A stretch of DNA of 63,921 nt, filler included, from Atractiella rhizophila (taxonomy: Eukaryota): NCBI GenBank assembly GCA_021432655.1. It is 5 parts of 5 records of this genome, joined end to end, with 100 filler letters (N's around TTAATTAATTAA, not from the genome) between each part and the next. Parts side by side here need not be neighbours in the genome. Positions count along the whole stretch, not along the records: positions 1 to 18,396 come from MU271860.1; positions 18,497 to 36,647 come from MU271861.1; 3 more parts are not named here. One strand, written 5' to 3'. Below are positions 12,767 through 25,740 of the stretch, one piece after another (within the stretch, counting starts at the first letter, position 1; each line of letters begins with the position of its first letter). Under the pieces are notes generated by a model. It was not told where the DNA came from. It was given only the letters and a program-made list of their open reading frames with translations, and searched no databases. The translations under genes and the position numbers were made by a program.

Positions 12767-15700
12767 TTACTTCCGCTTCGCCGGTTTAGACTTCGCATTG
12801 GCTCCTTTCTTAGGTGGCGGTGGTGCGGCCTTCTTCTTCTTCTTCTTCCCACTGTCTGAGTCGACACTATCATCGTCTCGTGCGGCTTTCTTCTTCGCGT
12901 CCTTCCTCGCCATCTTCTCTTCCATCTCATCCCAATCCTCCCCACTTCCCTCGTCATCAAACTCACTACCACTCCCGCTGCCAGAATCGTTGGATGCATC
13001 TCCATCCGAATAGTCAGACGAGTCGCCTGAGGATTCCATTTGGAAGTCGGATTCGTCCATCTCGAATTCGGAGGCACTCTCAGATTCTTCGGAGGCGTCT
13101 GAGGCGTCAGAACGGGACTGGAGGAAACCCCAACCTCCTTCTTCAAAGAATTCGGCAGGCCCATCGTTGACCGTCTTCATGATTGTTGGCCAGTTGAGGT
13201 TGACCTGACCTTCAGTGAACGAGATGTCGACCGAACTATTGATCAAACCAAACTAGATCAGCACCAACAGTGGAACGAGAGTGGTGCAGGAAACCCACTC
13301 AAGCCATTCCTTCACATTTTCCAGTTGATTCATCGGTATCGTATTGATGTGCACAACGGGCTTCGTGTAATCCTTGAAGACGAAGCACAAATCGAAGTTC
13401 TTCAACCCATACTGCACTCTTTCAAGATGTGCAATCTCAATCTCGTTCAGCGTGATCACGAGAAATGGCGGTTCTGTCAGGTGGACGAGACAGTCGGTGG
13501 TTGGCTGGAGCAAACAGTTCTGACGGAATGGAACACCAGTGAAGCCAAGGTCACGGAAGGGGATATCGACTTCGAAGCGGTTGTCGCTCTATCCTCGTCA
13601 ATCAACATGAAAACCTCTCCGTCAAGAAAAAGACGAACAGCTTCGGCAACCTTATCAGCGAAAGCCTTAAAATACTTGTTCAGTTCTGCCCTTCGCTTCT
13701 TCTCCTCCTGTTCCGCCTCCAACTCATCCTCATCGTGAAATTGCCTCCTTCTTTTCCTATTACCTGTCTCGTCGAACGCCGCCTCACTGGCCTCTCTGAA
13801 GAACTGCACGTCTCTAGTCTTCTTCTTGCCCATCAGTATAGGGTTCTTTAGGTGTACATGAACGATGGACATCAGCTCATGATCACAAGGCTGAAAAAAG
13901 AGGTGCTTGATGTTTGAGAAGAGCAGGTCAATTCTATGATCCGACCGAATGGACGACTGATAACGAATCCCATTCTTGTGAATCTCCACGTCGCCTGCTT
14001 GACGCTTAGCATCGAAAGCTGGACGGACTTGAATGTCCTGCAATCGAACAGGTTTGCGATCTACATGCAAACATTATGGGCAATACCTTGCGAAGAGCAT
14101 AACGACGCACCTTTTCGCTCGATAAGATCACCTTGCTCGACAACATCCTCCATTTCTTTCCTCTCGTTTTCCCTCTTCGTAGCCGTTCTCTTCATCTCTT
14201 GAATTTCCTTGTGGAGTTCTGAGAAACGATAATTGTCTGTGCTCCGCAATGTCATTCCCCTGAGGAAGGTAGCGTTAGGGTTCTCAAAAGGCTATCCCAT
14301 TTCTCATTTGATTAGTTCAACAGGCATTGACGTAACCAATGGACAACAAACCGTATCCTCCTTCTTGCCAGTGATTTGCCCAGGTGTTACGAACATTAGA
14401 CGCATGACGGTATATTCCCCTTCTTCTTGTTTGATTGCAGACTTGAGAGTATTTATGTGGAATGGGACAGCGAATCCGTTGATGGGAATGACGATGGAAT
14501 GGCGTTTGTGATCCACGATCACCTATTCTCACTGAGCTTTCTCTCGACAAGAAAAGGTAGCGTACCCGCAAGTCCTTAACAGAATCAGGGATTAAACTCT
14601 CCCTCGCGTAGCTTTCAAATCTCTTCCACTTCTTCTCCTTCTTCTCCTTTGCACCTGTCCCCTGTCCACTCCCATACCTCTCCACACCCTGTGCAGCAAA
14701 GGCGAGTCAGCTGTGTCACCTCAAAATGCAGGGACAGAAATGGGGACCATACCTCCTCCTGGATCTTCTGTGCCAACTCCTTCTGATGCATCTTTCTCTT
14801 ATTCGACATCTCATGATCAACCTCCCTAGCTTCCGCCCTGAGTTTGGTCGCCATAACGGCGGAACTCTTGTCCCCACCTCCCCTTGTGCGGGCGACGGCT
14901 GCAGGTTTCTTCTGTTTGCTCTTCGGGTCGTCCGCCTAATCATCATGATGATGATGGTAAATATTCGAACACAGGAAGAATAGAGAGAGGCAAACATTGA
15001 GGTAAAATACGACGTCCGCCTTCTCCTTCATGCCGGGGCTGAGAGATTTTCCGCTATCTTTCTGCACAAGAACTGTATCTGTAAGGGACATCGCATAGCT
15101 GCGCCAACACGTTTTGTCTTGCTTCTGCTTTCAAAAAGAAACGGTTGAATGAACACACGTCAAATTTTTGTTGTTTGGATCAATCATCCCCTGGAATCCA
15201 ACACCGACACTCCAAACCTGCCCTTCTTGCAGGACTTTCGTACACTTTGAGCTTAAGCTGAAAGTCGACTCCCTAAACTCGATGCCAATCTTCACAATCC
15301 CATCATTCAGCAATTCTTCCTCGAAGAATTTAAGGATGTCTGCTCACAACGTGACCAAAACTTTTCCCAAACACGTATTCCTCCAATTCAGGTTTTTCCT
15401 CCCGAAGCTTCTCCATGATGGCCGCATGCACATCTTTCGCCACTGAGCCATGTTTGAGCTGGGAGATTGCGAAGAGTTGAAGCTGTTTAAGGAAGGCATA
15501 GCGCTCATCTTGTTCCTACATCATGCTCTCTCAGCCCCGCACACCGGATTATCACGAAGGACTTGCCTTGTGAGGATCAATGATAAATGTGCGGCCCACA
15601 TTGGAGCAGTAAGAGCGATAACGAATACCCATGTTACAAAGGATGACCCCTGTACTCTTCAAGCGTTTATCATTCGAGCTCGCACTTGCTTTGAGATCAT

Positions 15701-16817
15701 AGTCGCCACCAGATTGGATGATAGGCGAATAGCACCAGTCTCCATATTGAGGATCAAACTTTGATCCAGCTCCATCGTTAGACCCAAAGAGCATATAGAA
15801 GAGGGAAGAAGACTGACAGAAGTAGTATGCGACTTAAATCCTTTCCATGCGCCAGTAGAATCTAGACGCTTCTCCACTATTTCCCCAAGCTTTTCGTGTG
15901 TTAACTTTTTGTCTTCCTCTATGCACGCGACGAGTTCCCTTTGAAACAAGGACATCAGGTGCAGCGACATTTCGGACGCGCTTTGGACGTTTCCCTACAC
16001 GCACACAGAATCACATCTCACCCAACTAGCACCAAGTCAAATATGAGAGCACGCACGAGTTCCAGCTTATCCTTCTTAGCCAACAGCGCAGCTATAGCTG
16101 ATCCAACATCAAGAAATTTGTCCTTATCCATTCCAGACTCGTTCAATGCCGCCTCGTACTCTTTCACAATCTTCCCATCATATTTATCCTTTGAAATGTG
16201 CCCCACAGGTTCGCTCAGCTGACCTAGGAAAGAAACCATCTTCTCCTTCTCTTTCTTCTTCGCCTCGTCGTCCTTTCGTCCATCACCAGTCAAAAGCAGC
16301 ACAAGCAAGATGAAGAAAGGACAAACCTTTGCCGCCGCCTTCTCAATCACTTGTAATTTGATCCCCAGAGGATTGAGTTCCTGGTCTTTCGCTGACGCGG
16401 TGATGAGAGGCTGGAAGAACTTGCCTGGAACCTCATTCGTTTTTGTGACAGACGAAGTGAGCGGGAAGACGAACATTTATTCGTGCTTCCGATAAATGTC
16501 AAAGTTTGCTTATTAAACGCCAAACCAGTGCTAGGAAACTCATAGCCCATTAACCAAGTCTGCACATTCAGAGCAGCATCAAGCGAATCCATATAAATCA
16601 ACATCATACTCCCACAAAATAGGAGAAAGCGGACCTGTAGAGCAGTTCCTTTCCGATACGGACGCTCCTCATCGTTATCACCCGCCACCACCACCAAGCT
16701 CTCGCAACTCCTGAGAACTTCGTATTCTCCTTCCTCAACATCCTCCTTCGTCCACAGTTCATATAGACGCGTAAGCCGCGAGAAAAAGGGTTCGATCGCA
16801 ATGGTGACACCTGCCAT
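12767..16817 (-). CDS. SPT16: FACT complex subunit Spt16
   Basis: [95 protein letters not shown] and an acidic tail. Confidence 0.95.
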
Positions 16818-16948
16818 TTCCACTTCTTGTCGTAAGAGTTGTAAAGGGAAATGGTGGACAAAGTCGTATCGTCGTTTTTGAACGCGTTTCTCCACTCTGA
16901 CTCAACCATCGGTTCCGCTGCAAACGACCAAAACCGTTACTCTCAGAG

Positions 16949-17763
16949 ATGTTTTTCCGCAAGGAGCTCACGCATACCATCTCTCTGCACCCGTCCTTCT
17001 TCGGTCCCTCACTACACGCGCACTTGGAGGCTCGTTTGTACCAAGAAAAGGAAGGCACTTGCACGGGACGCGATGGCTACGTTATTAGCGTGTTGAAGAT
17101 TGAGGAAGTGCAGAAGGGGAGGGTGAAGATTGGGGATGGAGGGGCTGAGTTCACGATAAAATTTAATGCTATTGTTTACAAACCATTCAAGGGAGAGGTG
17201 GTCGATGCGCTCGTTTTTCAAGTCAACAAGGTGCGCTCCGATACATTTTGGTTTCATTTCAGGGTCGATAAAGGAGCATTAGTTGGGCTTTCAAGCTCGT
17301 GCTGGCCCAACGGAAGTGTTTGTAACCTCACACGTCTGTCATCCGTCCCTGCCTCCGTTGTAGTCAGTTCAAGACCTGTCCATCCCAGCTTATACCTCCC
17401 GACCTCAAATTTGACCCTAACTCCAACCCACCGTGCTACTCTTCAGAAGAGGATGTGGTATGTCTATCTCCCTCCTTTTTTATCTTACAGATTCGTTGAT
17501 GCACTTTGATTTGGCTGGATCTCAATAGACCCAGACCATTGCTGTCAACACCAAAGTCCGCCTAAAGATCGTAGGAGTTCGTATTGATGCCACTGAGATA
17601 GTACGTTTCCCTTCCTCCTTCTGCGATCTGCTGGAATGCTTATTCGTACGGAACCTCTAGTTCTGTGTACGTTTAAAGTCGCTCCTCGAGCGTTCATGAT
17701 CAGACTGAACAATTTGGGCAGATTGGGACCATAAAAGAGGACTTTCTAGGTCCCATAGACTAG
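16949..17763 (+). CDS. RPB7: RNA polymerase II subunit Rpb7
   Basis: [75 protein letters not shown]. Confidence 0.95.
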
Positions 17764-18054
17764 TCATCGATGTCTAATGGTATGAAAAGTACCTGTATAT
17801 ACTTCTAAAGGTTAATGGATGCAACAGAAGGTATTTCCATGTTGTACCAGCTTCGCACTCGATATCGGGTAGCATTAGACTTTAGCATTCTTCGCCTTCG
17901 CTGAAGCTAAAAGAGAAGTCTTGCTTTAGAAGAGACTTCGCAGCTTCACTTCTTGGTATAACTTGCTTGCAAACTTTTTCCTTGTTAAAGCTTCACGTGA
18001 TCTCTAGAGGTGCTGATAGAGAAAACTCTAGAGAAGACGCCAAACCATTCGAAG

Positions 18055-18396
18055 ATGGCCACCCCTGTCAAGCCGCATATGCTCCCACGAAATGCACGTA
18101 TAAGTGCCATTTTACTCGCTTCCCTCGGCGCGCAATCAGCAGAAGACGGCGTGCTACCCATGTTGACGGAGTTCGCTTCTCGTTGGTCTCCCTTTACCCA
18201 TCAAGCCAAATAGCGGTGGCTGATAGTGTTGGGAATGGCTTTGTTCTATGGCACGACTAATGGGTATAGGGTACACGATTGGCATATTGACGGATGCAAT
18301 GAGCTATGCTGAGCATGCGCGGGGGAGTGGAAGCACTCTTACTCGAGAAGACGTGTTGCTAGCTATACAGTATCGGAACGAAGGCTCCTCCACGGG
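18055..18396 (+). CDS. TAF9: TFIID/SAGA subunit Taf9, 3' end lost in gap
   Basis: Histone-fold segment PRNARISAILLASLG...MLTEFASR|YTIGILTDAMSYAEHA...EDVLLAIQ. Confidence 0.85.
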
Positions 18397-18496
18397 NNNN
18401 NNNNNNNNNNNNNNNNNNNNNNNNNNNNNNNNNNNNNNNNTTAATTAATTAANNNNNNNNNNNNNNNNNNNNNNNNNNNNNNNNNNNNNNNNNNNN
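18397..18496. other. Assembly spacer N44-TTAATTAATTAA-N44
   Basis: Six-frame stop linker inside an N run; the same construct occurs four times in the window. Confidence 0.95.
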
Positions 18497-19457
18497 CCAT
18501 AGAAAAGCAGATTTTACCACAATGGACATCCCTCCGAGAATTGTACTCTGGGAACCGGATGCGTTGGAGGAGCTTGAAGCGCTTGAGGACGAAAAGACGG
18601 ACAGGAACCTTTCCGCGATCTTAACATCCCAAAATCGCCTTTTTACGACATACACCCACCTTACGTATACAACTTCATCTATCTCCATCACTCAAGGCAT
18701 TGGACTCCATCTCCCATCTAATCCGAACATTTTTGGAGATGGCCTCGAAGACACACGGCCAATGTCACCTTATTCTGGCTTCTGCCAATTTCTGTTAGCA
18801 GTTCCCGCAAGAAATGGGACAGTAGATACCATCATCGCAATGTATACTCTTGACGACGAAGGCTTCGTTGATTTAGGAAGCTTGGAGACCACCTTTCCTG
18901 TTCAAGCCGTATCCATTCAGCCACACGGTGCCAGATGGATGATCGCATCCTCTGGCCATGATCAGAATGGTAAATTGCCTTGTCTTCAGTTTTCAGGCTA
19001 ACGGAGTTTGATGGAAGGTATCATAAAGAAGAATCAGATAGCGGTGTGGAAGAGAGTCAGCAGGGCGAATCATAGTTGATAAGAGGGATCACATTTCTGT
19101 GAGTCCTGGTTCACCTTGCTCGCAATGTTGTTTGTGCCAATGTCTAGTCTCACGAGTCCCCAAGATGGTTTGTTGGGGGGTCATGATGCCCTTGTTGTTA
19201 TTGCGCAGATTGATTTGCCATTTGGCGCAGAAGAAGAAACGAGGTCACGTTATTCTTACCACGTCATCAATATTGCAGTACAATCTTCCTCTTCTTCGTT
19301 ATTTTCCCCTCGTGCTGCTCCGATGGCTAGTTACGCTTCTGCGAGCCAGAGGCTTGGGAATTTGAGACGTTCCCCACCTCCACGGCCAATAATTACCGCA
19401 CGAAGCGAAAGACTGAGGGGCCTACCCGAGGTGGAAGCTTTCAATTTCTTTCCTTGA
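18497..19457 (+). CDS. Hypothetical protein fragment, possibly 5'-truncated by gap
   Basis: 159-aa open frame followed by a GTAAAT donor and a further 113-aa ORF; family not recognised and the exon join is unresolved. Confidence 0.35.
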
Positions 19458-19962
19458 CAGCTGAAGCTAAAGCCGCTCCAAATTTTCCAGAAAACTGCCA
19501 CTCTGAAAGGAGCTAAGAGCTCAAGCAGATAGGCAATCTGGCAAAATCAGGTTGCCATCAAGCTAGCTCATGCAAATCATGAAGCACAAAGGCGACTAAG
19601 GTGCAACAGCGCCAAGCGTCAGGCCTGAGCTCTCTCGTTCCTCCCAGTAGAGCTAATGCCGTCTCACTCTTTCATAGGCTCATCTTTTCTTGCATGTCAC
19701 CACTTCGCGAACCACTTTTAGTTGAGGAGAATTAACCCTGATAGTCAGCACTTCTGTTCACTGCGACAACCACCTCTGGCTGGGATTTCATCGCGTTCCC
19801 CACTATAGAGGCTTGTAATCGGGATTATTTATCATCTATTTCCCCAAGATTCGATATAGAAGAATATGGAGAATATCTTGGATCCTGTGGAGACGTTAGA
19901 GGGACGCGGATTCATCTACGTCCCTTTCTACCCCACATAACTATCAGTCATCTAGCCTCAGC

Positions 19963-19970
19963 TATAAAAG
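19963..19970 (+). promoter_or_regulatory. TATA box of alcohol oxidase gene
   Basis: TATAAAAG about 90 bp upstream of ATG 20057. Confidence 0.55.
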
Positions 19971-20056
19971 GAGGGCCCCGGGACATTGGAAGTCAAGCCT
20001 TCGAAGTTTCGAAACCACTTGAAAGTGATTTAAGGGCAACGAAAAGTTTCTTAACC

Positions 20057-23000
20057 ATGATCCCTCCTGAAGGTGCGCTTGCTTTTTGATGTGCGCTTTA
20101 CAGAAAGAACTGACAACCATCCAGTCGATGTCATTGTAGCTGGAGGCGGCCCGGCTGGCTGTGTTGTTGCCGGTCGATTGGCGAAAGCAGACCCCAACTT
20201 ACAGGTGTTACTTGTTGAAGCAGGAGGTCCGTGCATGACTCCATCCATGAGGCAAATGTTCAAGCGATTTCCAGCAAACAACCAGGATGATCCATGGGTA
20301 CGACAATCAAAGAACCTTTCAGGCAGCCAACCTTGTGCTTTAGGTTTACAGGCCAGCAGTGTATGTGCGAAATATGCAAAGGAATGGCATCAATGACAAG
20401 GGTGAGTGGAGCAAAAGTTGGGACAGCGCTTAGCCCTACGTTTATCTAGCTAAATTCTACGTGGACACCAAAGTAAGTCTCTTGTCTCAGAGCTTCGAAG
20501 CTGATATTTCTTAGGCGTCAAGCTATCTGAGAGGAAGAGTAAGGTGTCCACGTTCACCATGATGTTTGTTTGACCTTCATCAACAGCAAAGTATCGTTCC
20601 GTGCGCAAACATACTTGGAGGTGGAAGCAGCATCAACTTCCAAGTATGTCTTTCGTTTGACATATTCCTTACTGATTTTCTTTAGATGTACACGCGTGCC
20701 TCTCCGTCAGATTGGGTAAGTTCTTCTTTCATTCCTATAAAGCATCCCTCATCATCAGTGGACTTATTAGGACGATTTCAAGACGGAAGGTGAGACGTCA
20801 TCTCAAGTGGAATTGGATGCTATAACTTTGTTGATTAGGCTGGACTGCCAAGGACTTATTACCGTTGATGAAACGCCTCGAGAAGTACCAAAAACCTTGT
20901 GTGAATGACACCCACGGATACGATGGACCGATTGCAATCTCCAATGGTGGTCAAATGTGAGTTGACAACATTTTTGACGACGTTTGCTCATATTGAAGGT
21001 CAGAACGGCTCTTGCGCATGACTTTTTGAGGTGACTTGACTTTTATCCACCCTCAGTAACGTCTGATCGATTTCAGGGCTTCCGAATCCATCGGCATTCC
21101 ATATACAGATGATTTACAGGACCAGATTGATGGCATTTCTCACGCTTGTGAAATATGGGTAGGTACCACAACTTACTCAAGAATCTGACTAACTGAGCAT
21201 CTATAGGCGAAATACATCAATAAATACACTGGGCGTCGTTCTGTACGTCCCCGTTTGACATCTCTAGCCATGCACATTCTGATTTGTCTCCTAGGATGCC
21301 GCGACGGTATATGCTCATCTAAATCGCCTGCCGTAAGACCTAAACATTATCCTAGGCATATGTCCACTCTGTTCGAGCGAATCAACAGAATCTTCATTTG
21401 CTCTGCAACGCGAAAGCAAACCGTGTCATCTTCGAAGGGACACGCGCTGTTGGGCTTGGCTGGGTTCCATCGCGCAATTTGCATGGAGGGTGAGACTTAG
21501 CTTGCACGTTGTAATCTTGTTATTGATGTCCCGCTAGCCGAGTTGATGAGCGTATTGTGAAGGCCAGGAAATTCGTCGTTCTTTCTTCTGGCACATTGGG
21601 AAGTCCACAAATCTTGGAAAGGTATGCGTTCCGGCTCTGAAAAGAGTTGACTTGACGCGAAATAGATCTGGTGTGGGAGATGCGCAACTCCTGAACAAGC
21701 TCAAGATACCCTGTCGTTTCTGATCTTCCTGGAGTCGGAGAGCAGTATCAAGGTGAGAGCTTTGCGTCACGTAAACAGTGTCCCTTACCTTCCATCAAAG
21801 ATCATTACACCACGTTGTCGATTTACCGTGTCTCTGAGGGAGTCGACTACTACTGACGACTTTTTGAGAGGTGTCGGAGATGTGCGAGAGAAGGTACGTC
21901 TACTTCTGCTGAGGAACAAAGGACTCATTACTTGTGACACAGCTGTTCAAGGAGTGGCAAGACAGGCCAGAACAAGCTCTTGTTTCATCGAACGCCATCG
22001 ATGCCGGGTTCAAGATTAGGCCAAACGGAAGAGGAATTGAAGGAGATGGGTCGTAAGTATATGCTCCCAACGTAGATTATCTGAGCTGTCACCTAGCCGA
22101 ATTCAACGATCTCTGGAACCGCTACTTCAAGGACAAGCCTGACAAGCCTGTGATGTTTGGCAGCATCGTGTCTGGAGCTTATGCCGACCACACGCTCCTC
22201 CCTCCTGGAAAATATATGACGATGCAAGTTTTAGATTATTCTCCCATTCCCATATTGAGCAGGATCTAGGTTCCAATACCTCGAATATCCAGCATCTCGA
22301 GGCAAGGTCTGTAATTTAATTTATCGCAGATCTCAGCTGATTCGTTGTAAAAGATCCACATCAACTCTCCGAACCCCTATGACGATGTGAGGCATTCTGG
22401 TTCATCTACAAGGATATACTAAACCGATTATTCCTAGCCTTTCTTCGACTCTGGATTCATGAATAACAAGGTAAATATGCTAGTTCTCAACAAGCTTTGT
22501 TTGATTCATTGGTGCTCAAAGGCCGACTTCGCTCCGATCAGATGGTCTTACAAGAAGACTCGAGAGGTAGCGAGGAGGATGGCGGCTTTCAGAGGAGAAT
22601 TAACCTCTCATCACCCGCACTTCCACCCAGCCTCTGAGGCGGCTTGTCTCGACATCGACATCGAAACTGCGAAACAGATCTTGCCCAACTCCTTTACCAG
22701 TGCGTGTTTTGCACCTTATACAATTCACTTCTGACACGGACTGGCACGTTGTAGCTGGGATTCAGTGAGTTTCCATTCATTCGAACTACTGTCACTAAAT
22801 ATGTGGATATAGCATGGGCACATGGGTTCGTCATTCGTCCATCATCGAGTACAGCTACATCTGATCATGGTGTTCCGGGCAGCATAAACCTGGCAAGCCT
22901 TACGACGAAAACAAGGTGAGTGAGCAGAGGACCTGTGGGTAGTTTCCTGATAACTCTCCCGCAGGTGCATCAAAACGTCAAATACACCAAGGAGGACGAC

Positions 23001-23478
23001 GATCGCATCGATGAATGGATCTCGGACCACGTCGAGACCACCTGGCACAGGTACGCTTTGGCTTGGACTAAGAACCAAGACTGATGCTTTTTCAGCCTTG
23101 GAACCGCCGCTATGAAACCGCGCAAGGAGGGCGGTGTCGTGGACAAGAGACTCAACGTTTTTGGTTCGTCTACCTCCTCATATTCCTAGACCTCTCTCCT
23201 AATATACCAACTTGTAGGAACTGAGGGACTCAAAGTCGTCGACCTGTCGATCTGCCCTGACAATCTGGTAAGTATTCCCAATGCCTCTGGTCTCAAGTGC
23301 TTTATTACTAACCGCTGTGCAGGGCACGAATACGTACAGCTCTGCCTTGCTGGTCGGGGAGAAGGGTGCCGACCTTTTGGCTGAGGACCTCGGAATCAAG
23401 TTGAAGTTCCCCCACGACATCGTCCCTCACGAGAAGTCGCTTTTCGAGCCTTATAGGAACTTCAAAGCGCAAGCTTAA
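20057..23478 (+). CDS. AOX1: Alcohol (methanol) oxidase, GMC oxidoreductase AA3_3; many small exons; three apparent +1 indels
   Basis: MIPPEVDVIVAGGGPAGCVVAGRLAKADPNLQVLLVEAG, CANILGGGSSINFQMYTRAS, HGYDGPIAISNGG, LEYPASRG, DHVETTWHSLGT, DLSICPDNLGTNTYSSALLVGEKGA. Confidence 0.93.
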
Positions 23479-23737
23479 TCCATCCGAGTTCACTCGTCTG
23501 CTCCGTTGTTACGGTTTTTGGAATTTCTCGTTTTTTGTCTTACTTTGCTTATGTCGTTGAAAACTCAAAAAAAAAGCTCAGTCTGTGTCGATCCATGCGG
23601 AATGACTGGAATGTAACGATTAATGTACAAACGGAAACAAATGGAATGAAATGAATGGACTTGTTCGTTTTATCATCAGTGTGCATGTTCACGTTGATCC
23701 ATGAGTAAGTGATCTATTACGGCATAATGCTCGATAT

Positions 23738-24829
23738 CTAAACACTCTTGATCCAACCTCTAAGATCGGCATCGACATCATCATTCTTCGTACTTCCCAC
23801 ACCCCAAGAAATATCCACCAGCTCCTTAAGCTTCCTAAACTCAAACTCACCCTCCTCCTCAAAAGCCAAATCCTCATTCGCGAGGATCTCATTCTCGTCC
23901 TCGGGCAACTTCCCTTTCTGAACCTCCACCGTTCCTCCGAGGAAGAATTTCTTTATGGACGACACCAGCGACTGGTTCCTCGCCAACGAGATGTCTTCAA
24001 GACCTTCCAGCTTTGCTCCTACCCCCGTCGTCCCCGTCGAATGGATGCCTCCGACGTTGGAGAGCCGCCGTCGTTCGAGTTCACGCTCGAGTGATGAGCG
24101 GAAGCGGGAGATGGTGAGAGTAGGGGATTGGGAGGGGGAGAGGTCGGACTTGGAGATATAAATGAAGAGAGGGAGAGGCTGAGGGTTTGAGAGGATGCGT
24201 AACAAGGAGATGAGGATGTGAAGACACCTGCACATTCCAGCGTTTCAAAATTGCTTGCTGGAGTGCATGGAAGGGAAACGCTTACTCTCCAGCTTCACGA
24301 ATAGCCTTCCCTCCTAGTCCTGCAGAGCCGTCTACAACAAACACCACGCCAGAGGCATGCGGAAGGTGTCGAGCAAGCTGACGAGCTCGAAGGCGGGGAT
24401 GACCAGGAAGGTCAACGACTTCTCCCGCTTCTTCAATTCTCGTCTCGTTAGGATCAGCCTCTACCTCCTTCAAAGACTCTCAACCCAGTACCCCACAAAG
24501 CGAAGATATGGCAAGCTCACCTCCTTGCTCTTCTCAAACACGATCGTTCCCTCGTTCTCTTTCGTAGACGTGACACAATCCGGCGCAGATCCATAGACCA
24601 GCTAAGAGGCAAACGGGAGTCACCTTACAAGTTTCAACGTCTGGATGATGCTCACTTTGCAGAATAAAGCGGTCTTTCCAGCATTCGTTGGGCCAAACAG
24701 CACCACCGCTTTGGCGCCAGAGCGTGTGTCGGGGGATACATTTCTGCGCCGAAAGAGAATGGAGAGGAGGAGGAAGGTGACGCCGAGGACGAAGAGGGCG
24801 ACGGGTGGCGGGAAGGGTAAGAGTTCCAT
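23738..24829 (-). CDS. SRPRB: Signal recognition particle receptor beta subunit
   Basis: N-terminal TM helix, P-loop GPTNAGKTALF, VVDLPGHPRLR, GVVFVVD, SLERELERRR. Confidence 0.9.
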
Positions 24830-25740
24830 GTCGTGTCGTCGTTTCCGTTACGCATTCTGGACGCCACGTGGCTATTCCTAGGGAGGCAGCTGCCGACAAA
24901 CTTTACGTAAGGAACAAGGAAATATATCCCTCTCAATGTTGTATGGACAGGCAAAAGTCTCCAGAGCTTCAAACAACACTCATACTGTGCACATCCGTGG
25001 AACACAAGTATCACGTGCGTCCTTTTGAACTGAAAACGTCCAAGAAAGGAAAGCGTGATCTTTGCCGTCATCGATTGAGAATTTGAGATCGATTTGTGTT
25101 GCGCCTTTTGATTGGGAAGGCGCTTTGACAAGACGGTACGTCGGTTCTTTGTGGGCATCTTTGAGCTACCCACAGTGAGGATATGAAACTGAGAAGCAGA
25201 AATGAGCGCGGCGAAATGCGTGCGTATGGGGGAATTGAATAAGAGACCTCCGTGACCTTGATGCTACCCGTCGAATATTGCGAATTGCAGTGGGGGAGAA
25301 GAGCACGATATTCCTGACGAACCTTCTCCCCTCTGGTCAACACCTTGCATTAGAGCCCATGGAGCTGTCTTTGCCATCGCACGTCCCGTCCAAGCCCTGT
25401 TGACTGTTAGCGTTGGATCCAAGATCCCATCAGGCGCAAGAGCGGGCCAAGACGAACCTAAACGACGGCCTTGAAGATTTGACGTTTTGTGGAATATTGA
25501 ATGAGGAGGCTAATTCTGAAACGTGCGGAGGGCGAGCAATTCATTCGAGGCATGGAGGTGTCATCACCTTATGCACCTTCTCTCGGATGCCGGGGCGTCC
25601 ATCCTGCTTCCTCATTGCACAAGTTCTGGGGATGAACACGACAGTGCGGGGAGCCATGCTCCCCATAAAAGAAGCCAGGCATCCCAAAGCTCCCCCTCCA
25701 GTTTGCTTTTTTCGTGAACGCGCATCACAGAACGGCCACC

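Noticed and set aside
18441..18452. TTAATTAATTAA palindrome recurring four times
   Set aside because: Always centred in 100-bp N runs; an artificial six-frame-stop contig linker
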